Part shown: in pieces, positions 9,997-20,590 of the stretch
Numbering within the stretch: the stretch's first letter is position 1
Layout of the letters: every line of letters begins with the position of its first letter
Source of the DNA: Candidatus Zixiibacteriota bacterium
Lineage (GTDB): Bacteria > Zixibacteria > MSB-5A5 > UBA10806
Assembly: GCA_020348065.1 (NCBI GenBank)
Contig: CP070742.1
Coordinates: forward strand, 1,765,721-1,829,720
Direction of reading: 5' to 3'
Length of the DNA: 64,000 bases
Translations under genes and position numbers: made by a program
The notes under the pieces: model-generated
What the model saw: the letters and a program-made list of their open reading frames with translations, nothing else
What the model was told of the DNA's origin: nothing
Databases searched by the model: none

Positions 9997-12900
9997 ATGA
10001 ATAATCTGGTCGGCAAAAGATACAAGATTCTCTCCGGGCTGGGATCCGGATCTACGGGGGATGTATATCTCGCCATTGATAGTAGAAGCGAGGATAAGAT
10101 ATGTCTGAAAATTCTGAGGTCGGGCACCAAGGAATTTGAGGAGAATTTTATTCGTGAATTTGAAATTCTCTCGCGCCTGAATCATCCCGGCCTGATACCG
10201 GTTCATGATTTCGGGATCGATCCCGAATATGGCCCTTATTTTTCGATGGAATATGCGAGTGGCGGAGATCTGGGAGAATTGAAAGCGGTTACGCCCCGGG
10301 AATTCTTTTCGATATCGTCGTCAATTTGTCGGGCGCTGGAATATATACATAATCAGGGCCTTGTCCACGGAGATATTAAGCCGACCAATATTCTAATCGA
10401 TTCGAGCAAAAACTACAGGTTGGTGGATTTCGGTTTGTCGTTTATATCCGGAGATACGCCGATTTCATCACCGGGCAGCGCGGCTTTTATCTCTCCCGAA
10501 ATTATACGTAGAAACGCCATGACCACTCGATCGGATATTTATTCTCTGGGTCTTCTCCTATATGAACTGATTTTTGGAAAACCGTTTTACGAGGGGGGCG
10601 CCGGCGAAATTATCTCGAAGAAATTGTCCGGTGTTTTTCAATTGCCCGAAGTTCCGGAAGGATTTGGGGGAAAACGATTAAAAGATCTGCTAAGAAAAAT
10701 GATTGATTCCGATCCCCATAACCGCTTTGAATCCGCTGGCGCCGTTTTGGATGAGATAGAGGACATTTTCAAAACCTATGAGGATTTTGAAGAATCAAAG
10801 AGGTTTGCGATAGAAAAATCTAAATTCGTCGGTAGAAACGAGGAATTGGAATGGCTTTCCAGAGGCCTGGTAATATCAGAAGGCGAACATCACAACTTCT
10901 TTTTTATAGGAGGTGAACCCGGTGTAGGAAAGAGCCGTTTGATGGACGATTTTCGGATAAGGGCGCAGATTCAAGGATTTCGATTTTTTAAATCTTATTG
11001 CAGGGAAAAAGATCTCAAACCGCTTTCCCCAATAATCAGTCTATTAAATTATATCTTCATCGAGCTTGATCCCGACATGGAGATTTTTGCGGATTACGGA
11101 CCGGATTTAAAACGGCTTTTCCCCGAAAAATTCGGAGAAATTACACCCGAAAAATATGAAATGAGTGAAGCTGAAGTCGCCGCCGGCCGCCGTCGGATGT
11201 TTGATAATTTAACATTATATCTGAACCATATTTCCCGTAAGGAAAAACTGGCGGTATTGGTTGAGGATTTCCATTGGGCCGACAATGAAACCCGGGAATT
11301 CATCAGGTTTTTTAAATACTATCCTGCTTTCCGGGGGACGTTGATTTTTATATGCTCCGGTCAAACGGAAACAGATATGGAAGTTCCGGATTTTCTGACC
11401 GATGATAAATCATCATTTCGGATTCTCCAACCGGTTGATAAAAAAGATATGTCCGAATTTATAAACGGCATCCTGGGCGGAGTCGAACTTCCGGACGAAT
11501 TTTATGACCGTTTGTTCGACGAGACCGGCGGTAATTTCCTTTATACCGAGGAGATAATAAAGACCTTATCGTCCGAAGGCCAGTTTGAGCGAGATCGCGG
11601 CAAATGGGTTTTAAATTCGGGATGGGAAGAAAAGATCACCGTACCCGAAGGAATAAAATCGCTGCTGGTCAAAAAACTGGAACGATTGGAATTAAGGGAA
11701 AAAGAAATTGTCGAGTTAGCGGCGGTATTGGGAGAATCGTTTATGGCTGGAGAAATCGAAGATCTTCTTGAGGACTATTCTATCCAGCGGTATGTGGATA
11801 ATCTGGTGAGGAACGGCATCTTCGAAAAATCGGAAATCGGTCGCCGGGAAAGGATTTATTTTACCAACGGTCAACTGGAAAAATTGATTTACGGTTCGAT
11901 ATCTCAGGAGAAGCTGAAAAAGCTTCATCAAAAAATAGCCGGATATTATTCCGGGAAAGGGGCAAGTCCGGAGTTTTTGGGCCGCCATTTCGCGCTGGCG
12001 GGAATTTATGAAAAGGGATTCACCTATAATTTTCAATCCGCCGTTGCCGCGGAAAAAGTTTTTTCATTCAAACAGGCGTTCCGATTTTACCAGTCTGCCG
12101 GGGATTGTGCCGGGTATCTTCCGGACAACCGATTGAATAACCTCAGGGGTTTTCAATCGCTTCTGGGACGCGGCAAAGCCATGAATTTTCTATCACCTGC
12201 AGATGCGACAGATTCGCTTCTCAACGCTTTCAGTTTGGCCGAGGCGAAATTCGGTGTCGGCGCGGAGCTGGCCGAAGCCGGTCTGATCCTGGGTCAGAAT
12301 CTGCTGAATACCGGCGAAAACGAGAAAGCGAAGGAAACCTTTCGAAAAACGCTATCGGCGGCGAAAGTATCGGGGGATAGGAGATTTGAAGGCGAAGCTC
12401 AAATCGGTTTGGGCTTTACCGCCGATAAAATCGGCGATTTGAAAGAAGCCGAAAATTGCTATCTGAAGGCTCTGGACGTTTTTGCCGATATCGATTTACC
12501 CGAAGGTTCGTGTAAAGTATTGAATTATCTCGGTATAATTCGAAAAAGACAGGGAGATCTTACCGGCGCGGAGGATTTCTATCGCAGATCGCTCGATATC
12601 TGCCTGGATAAAGGATTTTTGTGGTCCGCCATGAATTTATACGGGAACATCGGAAATCTTTATGCCTCAAAAGGTGATTATAGAAAAGCGCAGCTAAATT
12701 ATTCCAGATCCCTTGAAATTTCAAAGGAGATATCCGACCGTCGTATAGAAAGCATAGTTCTGTTGAATATCGGACACTCCCTGAACGAGATCGGAGACCT
12801 GTATAAAGCCGAGGCAATATTTTTTGAGGCTATCGATAAATTCAAGACTCTTGGAGATAAGGGATCGGAGGCAATCGCGTTGAATAATCTCGGATTTCTG

Positions 12901-15180
12901 AATTACCGGAAAGGACAGATATCCGATTCGATCAAATTTTATTCTGAGGGTCTTGAGCTGGCCGATGAGATCTCACGTCCTCGAATAAAGCTGGCGAACC
13001 TTATCGGGCTCGCGGAAGTTCACGCCGCCGTCGCCGATTTCGAAAATGCCGGGAAGCTGGCCGTTCAGGCTGTTGAATTGGCCGAGGAAATTGACGACAA
13101 TGAACAGCTGGCGACGGCGCTGCCTATTCTTGCCATGGTCAATGACAGCCTGCTTGATACGAAGGGAGTTTTGAAATCAGTCAGGAAATTCCTAAAGCTC
13201 AAGCCGGAGATAGGAAAACCGCGTCAAAGAATAAAAGCATATCTTCTGGCTCAAAAATATAAGAATGATCTAATGGTTGATATCGGTCCTGTTGAAGCCG
13301 AGATAAAAAAAATTTCCGGTAAAAATCCGGAAGTCTACCCGGTAATTATCGCCTTTAACGCGCAGAATTTCCTGGAATCCGATTCTCTATCCAATCCTGA
13401 AATCTGGCTGGCGCGAATTGACGAAGCTCTGGAAAAAGCCAACGATTTCTATCAGTTTCGCGAAAAAATAAAACTAATGGCGTTGAAACTTGATCTTCTG
13501 CGGTTGATAAGGGATAGCGTCGAAGCGGGACGTCAGGAAGAAAAACTTGTTAAAGAGATTGCCCGAGCAACCGGGGGGCTGGATGATAGCCTCATCGATA
13601 ATTTGAAAAAATACCTTGGTATTCATATAGATGGTGACGAACAGGGAGAATATCTTATGAACAAAGTCAACCGGAACGAACGGCTTGCGGTTCTGCTTAG
13701 AATCGCACATACCATAAACTCGATCAGGGAATCCGAACCTCTGTTAAACAAAATACTCGATCTGGCTCTGGAGACGCTCGAAGGAGAGCGCGGTTTTATT
13801 ATGCTTTATTCCAATGATTCTCTGGAGCCGGTCGTAGCCAGGAATATCGCGCGGGAGGATATTCTGGGAGAGACGACCATATCGCAATCGAGCGCCCTTG
13901 AAGTAGCCCGGCTGGGAAAACCGATTCTGTTAAGCGGGGCCGATGACGACATCTCCGCCCGCCAATCGGTCGCCGATTTCCGAATTTCCTCGTTACTCTG
14001 CGTACCTCTGGCGGTGAAGGGAAAGGTACATGGCATCGTATATGTGGACAGCCGTTCCGGAACCATTTTCTCGGATGACGATCTCGATTTTCTGGTCAGT
14101 TTCGCCGACCTGGCCGCCATCGCGTTCGAAAACGCCAGAATGGCCGAGCAACTCAAGGATAAAAACATATATCTTCAACAACAGGTGGAGTCTACTCTGG
14201 GATTTGGCTCCATAGTAGGGCGGTCATCACCTATGCAGCGGGTTTTCCGAATGGCCGAATCGGTGGCCAATACCGATGTCACGGTCGTCCTGACGGGCGA
14301 TTCCGGTACGGGCAAAGAGATTCTCGCCCGGGCCATCCATCTCGCGAGCCCCAGAAAGAACGCGAAATTCGTCCCGGTCGACTGCGGTGCCCTGACGGAA
14401 ACCCTTCTGGAATCGGAGCTCTTCGGCCACGTCAAGGGCTCCTTTACCGGCGCCACCGCCGATAGAGCCGGGCTTTTCGAGGTTGCCCAGGGCGGAACCA
14501 TATTCCTCGATGAAATCACCAATACCGGCAAAAACTTCCAGGTTAAGCTCTTGAGAGTTTTGCAGGAAAATGAAATCCGCCGGGTGGGGGAAAGCAAATC
14601 CCGAAAAATTGACGTCCGCGTTATAACCGCGACCAATAAACCGCTTGAATCCGAGGTCGAATCGGGCGATTTCAGGGAGGACCTGTACTACAGGTTAAAC
14701 GTTGTGAATATCTTATTACCTTCCCTGCGCGAGAGGAATGAGGATATCCCGATACTGGCCGCTTACTTTCTGGAAAAGATCTGCAAAAAAATGAACTTGC
14801 CCGTCAAAATATTTTCATCCGAGGCGCTGGATTTTCTTCTGCGGTATTCCTGGCCGGGCAACGTCAGGCAGCTTGAAAACGTCTGCGAGAGGATGGTGGT
14901 TTTTACCAGGGGTGAACTGGTCGATATCGATATGCTGCCGCCGGAAATCAAAACTTTCAAACAATCGCCCCCCGCTATAACGACGGAAACGAAAATCCCG
15001 AAGACCAGGGCGGAATTGAAAGCCGAGAAGGCCCGGCTGGATAGACTTTTTATAGTCGGCCTGCTCGAAAAAAGCGAAGGCAATGTCATGCAGGCCGCCA
15101 GGCTGTCCGGAATGGATCGATCGCAGATTCATCACATGATGAGCAAATTCGGGATCAGCAGCGCCGATTTTAAGGGATGA
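9997..15180 (+). CDS. Giant multidomain regulator: Ser/Thr protein kinase, STAND/AAA ATPase, TPR repeats, GAF domain, sigma-54 interaction domain and Fis-type HTH
   Basis: 1727 aa. Kinase motifs are GLGSGSTGDVY, HGDIKPTNIL, DFGLS and SPE. The STAND ATPase has Walker A GGEPGVGKS (aa 305-313) and Walker B LAVLVEDFHW. Residues about 600-1100 are TPR-like. A GAF-like segment spans about aa 1220-1385. The EBP core (aa about 1395-1640) has VVLTGDSGTGKE, ESELFGHVKGSFTGA (GAFTGA variant) and the arginine finger region. The C-terminus ends MQAARLSGMDRSQIHHMMSKFGI (HTH_8). Confidence 0.85.
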   Translation: MNNLVGKRYKILSGLGSGSTGDVYLAIDSRSEDKICLKILRSGTKEFEENFIREFEILSRLNHPGLIPVHDFGIDPEYGPYFSMEYASGGDLGELKAVTPREFFSISSSICRALEYIHNQGLVHGDIKPTNILIDSSKNYRLVDFGLSFISGDTPISSPGSAAFISPEIIRRNAMTTRSDIYSLGLLLYELIFGKPFYEGGAGEIISKKLSGVFQLPEVPEGFGGKRLKDLLRKMIDSDPHNRFESAGAVLDEIEDIFKTYEDFEESKRFAIEKSKFVGRNEELEWLSRGLVISEGEHHNFFFIGGEPGVGKSRLMDDFRIRAQIQGFRFFKSYCREKDLKPLSPIISLLNYIFIELDPDMEIFADYGPDLKRLFPEKFGEITPEKYEMSEAEVAAGRRRMFDNLTLYLNHISRKEKLAVLVEDFHWADNETREFIRFFKYYPAFRGTLIFICSGQTETDMEVPDFLTDDKSSFRILQPVDKKDMSEFINGILGGVELPDEFYDRLFDETGGNFLYTEEIIKTLSSEGQFERDRGKWVLNSGWEEKITVPEGIKSLLVKKLERLELREKEIVELAAVLGESFMAGEIEDLLEDYSIQRYVDNLVRNGIFEKSEIGRRERIYFTNGQLEKLIYGSISQEKLKKLHQKIAGYYSGKGASPEFLGRHFALAGIYEKGFTYNFQSAVAAEKVFSFKQAFRFYQSAGDCAGYLPDNRLNNLRGFQSLLGRGKAMNFLSPADATDSLLNAFSLAEAKFGVGAELAEAGLILGQNLLNTGENEKAKETFRKTLSAAKVSGDRRFEGEAQIGLGFTADKIGDLKEAENCYLKALDVFADIDLPEGSCKVLNYLGIIRKRQGDLTGAEDFYRRSLDICLDKGFLWSAMNLYGNIGNLYASKGDYRKAQLNYSRSLEISKEISDRRIESIVLLNIGHSLNEIGDLYKAEAIFFEAIDKFKTLGDKGSEAIALNNLGFLNYRKGQISDSIKFYSEGLELADEISRPRIKLANLIGLAEVHAAVADFENAGKLAVQAVELAEEIDDNEQLATALPILAMVNDSLLDTKGVLKSVRKFLKLKPEIGKPRQRIKAYLLAQKYKNDLMVDIGPVEAEIKKISGKNPEVYPVIIAFNAQNFLESDSLSNPEIWLARIDEALEKANDFYQFREKIKLMALKLDLLRLIRDSVEAGRQEEKLVKEIARATGGLDDSLIDNLKKYLGIHIDGDEQGEYLMNKVNRNERLAVLLRIAHTINSIRESEPLLNKILDLALETLEGERGFIMLYSNDSLEPVVARNIAREDILGETTISQSSALEVARLGKPILLSGADDDISARQSVADFRISSLLCVPLAVKGKVHGIVYVDSRSGTIFSDDDLDFLVSFADLAAIAFENARMAEQLKDKNIYLQQQVESTLGFGSIVGRSSPMQRVFRMAESVANTDVTVVLTGDSGTGKEILARAIHLASPRKNAKFVPVDCGALTETLLESELFGHVKGSFTGATADRAGLFEVAQGGTIFLDEITNTGKNFQVKLLRVLQENEIRRVGESKSRKIDVRVITATNKPLESEVESGDFREDLYYRLNVVNILLPSLRERNEDIPILAAYFLEKICKKMNLPVKIFSSEALDFLLRYSWPGNVRQLENVCERMVVFTRGELVDIDMLPPEIKTFKQSPPAITTETKIPKTRAELKAEKARLDRLFIVGLLEKSEGNVMQAARLSGMDRSQIHHMMSKFGISSADFKG

Positions 15181-15274
15181 ATCTCTCAGGACGGCGAATA
15201 GAAACATATTGCAATAGCAAAAAGGTTGTATTAACTTATTAAGTTAAGTAGTCTAATTGTAAACGGGAGGATTT

Positions 15275-16027
15275 ATGTCCGGCCATTCCAAATGGTCAAC
15301 TATAAAAAGAAAAAAAGGAAAGCTTGATGCCCAGCGGGGAAAGATATTTACCAAACATATACGGGAGATAACGGTCGCGGCGCGAGAGGGCGGAGGCGAT
15401 CCCGATATGAATCCCAGGCTTAGAACGGCCGTGAATGCCGCCAAAGCGGATAACATGCCGGCGGACAATATCAAGCGCGCCATTCAAAAAGGAACCGGTG
15501 AATTGGAAGGGGTCAAATACGAATCGACCAATTACGAGGGATACGGCCCGGGCGGCGTGGCGGTCCTGGTCGAGGTTTTTACGGACAATAAAAACCGCAC
15601 CGTCGCCGATGTCCGGCACGTTTTTTCCAAGCATAACGGTTCTCTGGGCGAAGTCGGTTGCGTGGGATGGATGTTTAATCGCAGGGGATACATCGTGGTA
15701 GATAAAAATAAAATCGGCGAGGATGAAATGATCGAGAAAGCCCTCGAAGCGGGGGCGGAGGATGTTCAATCGTCCGATGATGTCTATGAAATATATACCG
15801 AATTCTCCGAACTCGAAAATGTCAGATCGGCCCTGGAATCGGCCGGAATAGAAATGATCTCCGCCGAACCCGCCATGATACCCCAGAACACAATAAAACT
15901 CGAAGGGAAACAGGCCGAGCAGATGCTAAAACTCTATGAAGGATTGGAAGATCTCGATGATGTCGCTCATATCTACGCTAATTTTGATATCGACGAATCT
16001 ATTATGGAGGAGATGACGGAGAAATAG
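15275..16027 (+). CDS. yebC: YebC/PmpR family DNA-binding regulator
   Basis: [28 protein letters not shown]-terminus; GGGAGGA RBS. Confidence 0.9.
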   Translation: MSGHSKWSTIKRKKGKLDAQRGKIFTKHIREITVAAREGGGDPDMNPRLRTAVNAAKADNMPADNIKRAIQKGTGELEGVKYESTNYEGYGPGGVAVLVEVFTDNKNRTVADVRHVFSKHNGSLGEVGCVGWMFNRRGYIVVDKNKIGEDEMIEKALEAGAEDVQSSDDVYEIYTEFSELENVRSALESAGIEMISAEPAMIPQNTIKLEGKQAEQMLKLYEGLEDLDDVAHIYANFDIDESIMEEMTEK

Positions 16028-16507
16028 ATGGCTACGGTCGTTCTGGGCATTGATCCGGGTCTCCGGGTAACGGGATACGCGCTGCTTTCGTGTAATGAAA
16101 GCTCCGTAGAGCTTGTGGAAGCCGGAACTCTGAAAACTTCCGATGGCGATAACCTTGAAAACAAGCTCAAGACTCTATATGATGGTCTTGAGGATGTTAT
16201 CTCGGAATTCCAGCCTGACGCTGTTTCGGTGGAGCGATTATACTCGCACTACAGGCATCCTCAAACTGCCGTTGTAATGGGGCACGCCAGGGGGATTATC
16301 TACCTCTGCGCCGCGAATCACAAACTTCCTTTGAACAGCTACGCGTCTACCAGAATCAAAAAAGCTCTAACCGGTAATGGAAGGGCGTCGAAACTTCAGA
16401 TGCAGAGAGCGGTGAAAAGTTATTTTAAGATGAAAGATCTCCCTAAATCCCCCGATATTGCAGATGCCATAGCGGCAGCGTTATGCCATATAGAGGCTGC
16501 GAAGTGA
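16028..16507 (+). CDS. ruvC: Holliday junction resolvase RuvC
   Basis: VLGIDPGLRVTGYAL N-terminus with the catalytic Asp. Confidence 0.9.
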   Translation: MATVVLGIDPGLRVTGYALLSCNESSVELVEAGTLKTSDGDNLENKLKTLYDGLEDVISEFQPDAVSVERLYSHYRHPQTAVVMGHARGIIYLCAANHKLPLNSYASTRIKKALTGNGRASKLQMQRAVKSYFKMKDLPKSPDIADAIAAALCHIEAAK

Positions 16508-17142
16508 TTTCTAAAATAAACGGAAAACTCGAACATATCGATGGATCGTCGGCCACGGTCGGTGTGGGCGGTATCTATTATGAAATTATGCTGCCGTCGG
16601 CGCTGGCAGAATCGTTGAAGGAAAAATCGCATAACGGGAGCGATATCTCCTTTCATATCCTCGATTATATCGAGGGCGGCCAGGTCGGAAACCAGTATCC
16701 CCGTATGGTCGGTTTCGCCGACGCAGTCGACAAGGATTTTTTCAGGTTATATACCAGCGTCCCCGGGCTCGGAATAAAAAAGGCGCTAAAATCGTTGATT
16801 ATACCGATCAGCGAGATTTCCCGGGCGATCGAAACCGAGGAAACATCGGTTCTTAAAAAATTGCCGGGAATCGGGGGAAGGCTGGCGGAAAAAATAGTGG
16901 CCCACCTGAAAGGAAAAACCACCCGATTCGCCCTGGCGAAAGAGAGCAAGCCCCTGGCCAAACCGGAGATAAAGCCCGACTATGCTGAAGAGGTAATGGC
17001 CGTATTACTGCAGCTTCAATATAAACGAACCGAAGCTCAGATGATGCTTGACCGGGCGCTGAATACCGGAAAACGTTTTAAATCCTCCGAGGAACTGCTT
17101 CAGCAGATATTTAGACAATCCTCAACGGATACAGTTAGATGA
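16504..17142 (+). CDS. ruvA: Holliday junction helicase subunit RuvA
   Basis: A GTG at 16504 (GTGA overlap with ruvC) gives MISKINGKLEHID...VGVGGIYYEI, the RuvA consensus start. The track's 16483 start lies inside ruvC. Confidence 0.85.
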   Translation: MISKINGKLEHIDGSSATVGVGGIYYEIMLPSALAESLKEKSHNGSDISFHILDYIEGGQVGNQYPRMVGFADAVDKDFFRLYTSVPGLGIKKALKSLIIPISEISRAIETEETSVLKKLPGIGGRLAEKIVAHLKGKTTRFALAKESKPLAKPEIKPDYAEEVMAVLLQLQYKRTEAQMMLDRALNTGKRFKSSEELLQQIFRQSSTDTVR

Positions 17143-18161
17143 GAGAACGCATAGTCACGCCGGATAAGTATTCGGAGGAGGACGAAAGGCAGATTGTCAG
17201 CCTGCGTCCCGAGAAAATAGACGAATATATCGGCCAGGGCAAAATAGTTAAAAAACTGAAAGTCTCCATTAACGCCTCCTTACAACGAAAAGAGCCTCAT
17301 GAACATATGCTGTTATACGGCCCTCCGGGGCTGGGAAAAACCACCCTGGCCCATATCCTGGCCCGAGAGATGGGTACCAGGATAATAGTATCCTCGGGTC
17401 CCTCGTTACAAAGGACTGGCGATCTAATGGGTATACTAACCAATCTTGAGGATGGGGATATACTTCTTATTGACGAAGTCCACAGACTCGCCCCCTCGGT
17501 AGAGGAGTTCATATATCCTGCCATGGAGGATTTCAAGGTCGATTTCGTCGTGGATAAGGGGGCTTTCGCCCGGGTAATTAACGTTCCCCTTAAAAAATTT
17601 ACCTTGGTGGGCGCTACCACCCGCGCTGGTCTTTTAACCGCGCCTCTCAGGGACAGGTTCGGCATCGTCCATCATGTCGATTTCTACCCCTTCGAGGAAT
17701 TGGCCGACATAGTGCGCAGATCGGCCGGTATACTGGATGTCAAAATAGATGAAGAAGCGGCATCAGTTATTGCTCAGCGGAGCCGCGGTACGCCCCGCGT
17801 CGCCAACAGGCTGCTCAGGCGGGTTAGGGATTATTGCCAGGTAAACGGTATCGAACGTATCGATAAGCAGTCGGTTCTGGACTCGCTGAAAATGGAGGGA
17901 ATCGATTCGGCCGGCCTCGACGATCTTGATAGAAGATTGTTAACCACAATGGTCGATTATTACAAGGGCGGTCCGGTCGGAATCGAATCGATCGCCGCTA
18001 CTCTGAATGAAGAAGTCGATACGCTGGTAGAAATGATGGAGCCGTTTCTTTTGAAAATAGGTTTCATCAAACGTACCCGCAGGGGAAGGATTGTCGGCGA
18101 CGCCGCCCTCAAACACCTGAATCTGCCCCGTATCAAAGGCTCCCAGCAGGAGTTGCTATGA
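17139..18161 (+). CDS. ruvB: Holliday junction helicase RuvB
   Basis: Walker A LLYGPPGLGKTTLA plus the sensor and arginine-finger motifs. Confidence 0.9.
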   Translation: MRERIVTPDKYSEEDERQIVSLRPEKIDEYIGQGKIVKKLKVSINASLQRKEPHEHMLLYGPPGLGKTTLAHILAREMGTRIIVSSGPSLQRTGDLMGILTNLEDGDILLIDEVHRLAPSVEEFIYPAMEDFKVDFVVDKGAFARVINVPLKKFTLVGATTRAGLLTAPLRDRFGIVHHVDFYPFEELADIVRRSAGILDVKIDEEAASVIAQRSRGTPRVANRLLRRVRDYCQVNGIERIDKQSVLDSLKMEGIDSAGLDDLDRRLLTTMVDYYKGGPVGIESIAATLNEEVDTLVEMMEPFLLKIGFIKRTRRGRIVGDAALKHLNLPRIKGSQQELL

Positions 18162-18385
18162 ATACCGGCTCGTTGGCTAAAGTTCTTATCTTAACGGGGG
18201 CGGCAATAGTTATTTTAGGAGTGATCCTGCTTTTTATAGATAAGGTACCTTTGTTAGGCAAGCTTCCGGGTGATATTGTGGTACGGAAGAAGAATTTCAC
18301 CCTGTATTTTCCCCTGGGGACGATGATACTTCTCAGCGCGGGTCTTTCGTTAATTCTCTATATCATCAGCCATTTCAAAAAATGA
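18158..18385 (+). CDS. Small two-TM membrane protein, DUF2905-like
   Basis: 75 aa with two hydrophobic helices and GKLPGDI between them; translationally coupled between ruvB and queA. Confidence 0.55.
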   Translation: MNTGSLAKVLILTGAAIVILGVILLFIDKVPLLGKLPGDIVVRKKNFTLYFPLGTMILLSAGLSLILYIISHFKK

Positions 18386-19422
18386 GTATCGATATAAGAC
18401 TGTATGATTACGATTTGCCGGAGGGGATGGTCGCGCTTTATCCCGCTGAGCCCCGCGACAGCTCAAAACTGCTGCATCTGCCATTAGGCGGAGGCAAAAT
18501 AGAGCATACCGTTTTTAATAGATTTCCGGAATTTTTGAATAAAGATGATTTACTGGTTATAAACGATTCCCGCGTCTTCCCCGCCAGGCTTTTCGGGCGA
18601 AAAAGAGATACCGGCGGCAAGGTTGAAATTTTCCTTCTGGAAAAAACGGAAGATAATGTCTGGGAAGCTTTGGTTCGGCCGGGACGACGCCTGCAGCCCG
18701 GGACCGAGGTCGAATTCTTTGATAATAAACTGATCGCTCGATTGGGCGAAAGAACTTACAGCGGAGGCCGCGCGGTTCATTTCAGCTCGAACGGCGATCT
18801 CATGTCCATAATCTGGAAACATGGCGAGGTGCCGCTGCCGCCATATATAAACAGAAACGCAGAAGAATCGGACAAAACGCGCTATCAAACTATCTACGCC
18901 GAAAATGTCGGCGCCGTGGCCGCCCCCACCGCGGGATTCCATTTTACCGAAAACACTTTTAAAGCGCTGAAAAAAGCGGGAGTGGAAATCGCAAAGCTGA
19001 CCCTGCATCCCGGCCTGGGAACCTTTCGCCCCATAACAAAAGCCGACGCCGAGAAACACAATATGCACGAAGAGAAATATTCTATTTCCCCCAAAACCGC
19101 CGATACAATCAATAATGCTATAGCGGACGGAAGACGTATTATCGCCGTCGGTACTACTACCGTCAGAGCCCTCGAATCTTCATCTAATAATTTCGGAGAG
19201 ATAAGACCCTGCGAGATGGAAAGCACCGAGCTTTTCATCAAGCCCTCCTACGACTTTAAGGTGATCGGCGGGCTGTTGACTAACTTCCATCTGCCCAAAT
19301 CGACGTTACTGCTTCTTGTCTCAGCTCTGGCCGGCCGGGAGAGGGTGCTGCAGGCATATAAGGAAGCAATTGAGAGGAAGTATCGCTTTTACAGCTATGG
19401 CGATGCTATGCTTTTATTGTGA
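18382..19422 (+). CDS. queA: S-adenosylmethionine:tRNA ribosyltransferase-isomerase
   Basis: YDYDLPEGMVALYPAEPRDSSKLL N-terminus; 346 aa. Confidence 0.9.
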   Translation: MSIDIRLYDYDLPEGMVALYPAEPRDSSKLLHLPLGGGKIEHTVFNRFPEFLNKDDLLVINDSRVFPARLFGRKRDTGGKVEIFLLEKTEDNVWEALVRPGRRLQPGTEVEFFDNKLIARLGERTYSGGRAVHFSSNGDLMSIIWKHGEVPLPPYINRNAEESDKTRYQTIYAENVGAVAAPTAGFHFTENTFKALKKAGVEIAKLTLHPGLGTFRPITKADAEKHNMHEEKYSISPKTADTINNAIADGRRIIAVGTTTVRALESSSNNFGEIRPCEMESTELFIKPSYDFKVIGGLLTNFHLPKSTLLLLVSALAGRERVLQAYKEAIERKYRFYSYGDAMLLL

Positions 19423-20114
19423 AAACCACCAGAAACATCGCGATTGTTGTCGCCGGGGGCGAGGGCAGACGTTTCGGGGACAAAATGCCCAAGCAATATC
19501 ACGATCTCGGCGGCAGGCCGGTCATAACCTATTGCCTGAATCTTTTTGAGAGAAGCGATATGATTGATGAGGTGGTGCTGGTAGTGGCCCAGGATTACCT
19601 CGCTTACGCCTCAAGCGAGATTGTCGATAAATACGAATACCGGAAAATTAAAAAGATTACTGCCGGCGGCGAAAGCCGTCAGGAATCCGTCCACGCTGGC
19701 TTAACCGCCTGCCCCACGGGAATCGATCTGGCCGTAATTCATGACGCCGTAAGGCCGTTTCTGGCAAAAGACCTCCTGCATAAAGCGATAGAAACGGCAT
19801 ACGCAACCGGCGCCGCCATACTGGCGATTCCCGCAAAGGAAAGCGTTAAGCTCGTAAAAGGCAAAGCTATTGAAAAAACACTCCTGCGCGATACCGTCTG
19901 GATAGCCCAGACCCCGCAGGTTTTCAGATTCGACCGCATTCTGGATGCATATAAACGCGCCGAGGCCGCTGAGAACGAAGCGACCGATGATTCTCAGCTC
20001 TACGAGCAATATTGCGGACAGGTTTCAATAGTTAAGGGAAGTTATAATAATATAAAGATCACTAACCGGGGAGACCTGGTGCTGGCAGAGGAAATCTTGA
20101 GGGAGATCGGTTGA
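19419..20114 (+). CDS. ispD: 2-C-methyl-D-erythritol 4-phosphate cytidylyltransferase
   Basis: IAIVVAGGEGRRFG motif; GTG start overlaps the queA stop. Confidence 0.9.
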   Translation: MKTTRNIAIVVAGGEGRRFGDKMPKQYHDLGGRPVITYCLNLFERSDMIDEVVLVVAQDYLAYASSEIVDKYEYRKIKKITAGGESRQESVHAGLTACPTGIDLAVIHDAVRPFLAKDLLHKAIETAYATGAAILAIPAKESVKLVKGKAIEKTLLRDTVWIAQTPQVFRFDRILDAYKRAEAAENEATDDSQLYEQYCGQVSIVKGSYNNIKITNRGDLVLAEEILREIG

Positions 20115-20590
20115 AGACTTATAGAATCGGCCAGGGTTATGATATCCATCGGCTGGCGGAGAACCGGAAGCTGGTATTGGCGGGGGTTGAAATCCCTTTT
20201 GAAAAGGGGCTCGAAGGTCATTCCGACGCCGACGTCGTTGCTCATGCGGTAATCGATTCTCTTCTGGGCGCCGCTGCCCTGCCCGATATCGGTATTCAAT
20301 TTCCCGATACCGACCCCGTATTTAAAAATGCGGATTCAATGAAACTCATGGAAAAAGTAAAAGAAAAGATCAGGCAAAAAGGCTTTTCAATCGGCAACGT
20401 CGATGTTACGATAATCGCGGAGCTTCCCAGGCTTGCCCCGTACATAAAAGAGATGAAAAGCAATATTGCGCGCGCGCTTGAGATCGCCCCCGAAAATGTA
20501 TCGGTCAAAGCGACGACCAATGAAAAGCTCGGCGCCATCGGAAAGGGTGAGGGAATGGCGGCGCTGGCCGTTTCCCTGCTGTATAAATGA
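20111..20590 (+). CDS. ispF: 2-C-methyl-D-erythritol 2,4-cyclodiphosphate synthase
   Basis: RIGQGYDIHRL and the HSDADV metal-binding motifs; TTG start overlaps ispD. Confidence 0.9.
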   Translation: MKTYRIGQGYDIHRLAENRKLVLAGVEIPFEKGLEGHSDADVVAHAVIDSLLGAAALPDIGIQFPDTDPVFKNADSMKLMEKVKEKIRQKGFSIGNVDVTIIAELPRLAPYIKEMKSNIARALEIAPENVSVKATTNEKLGAIGKGEGMAALAVSLLYK

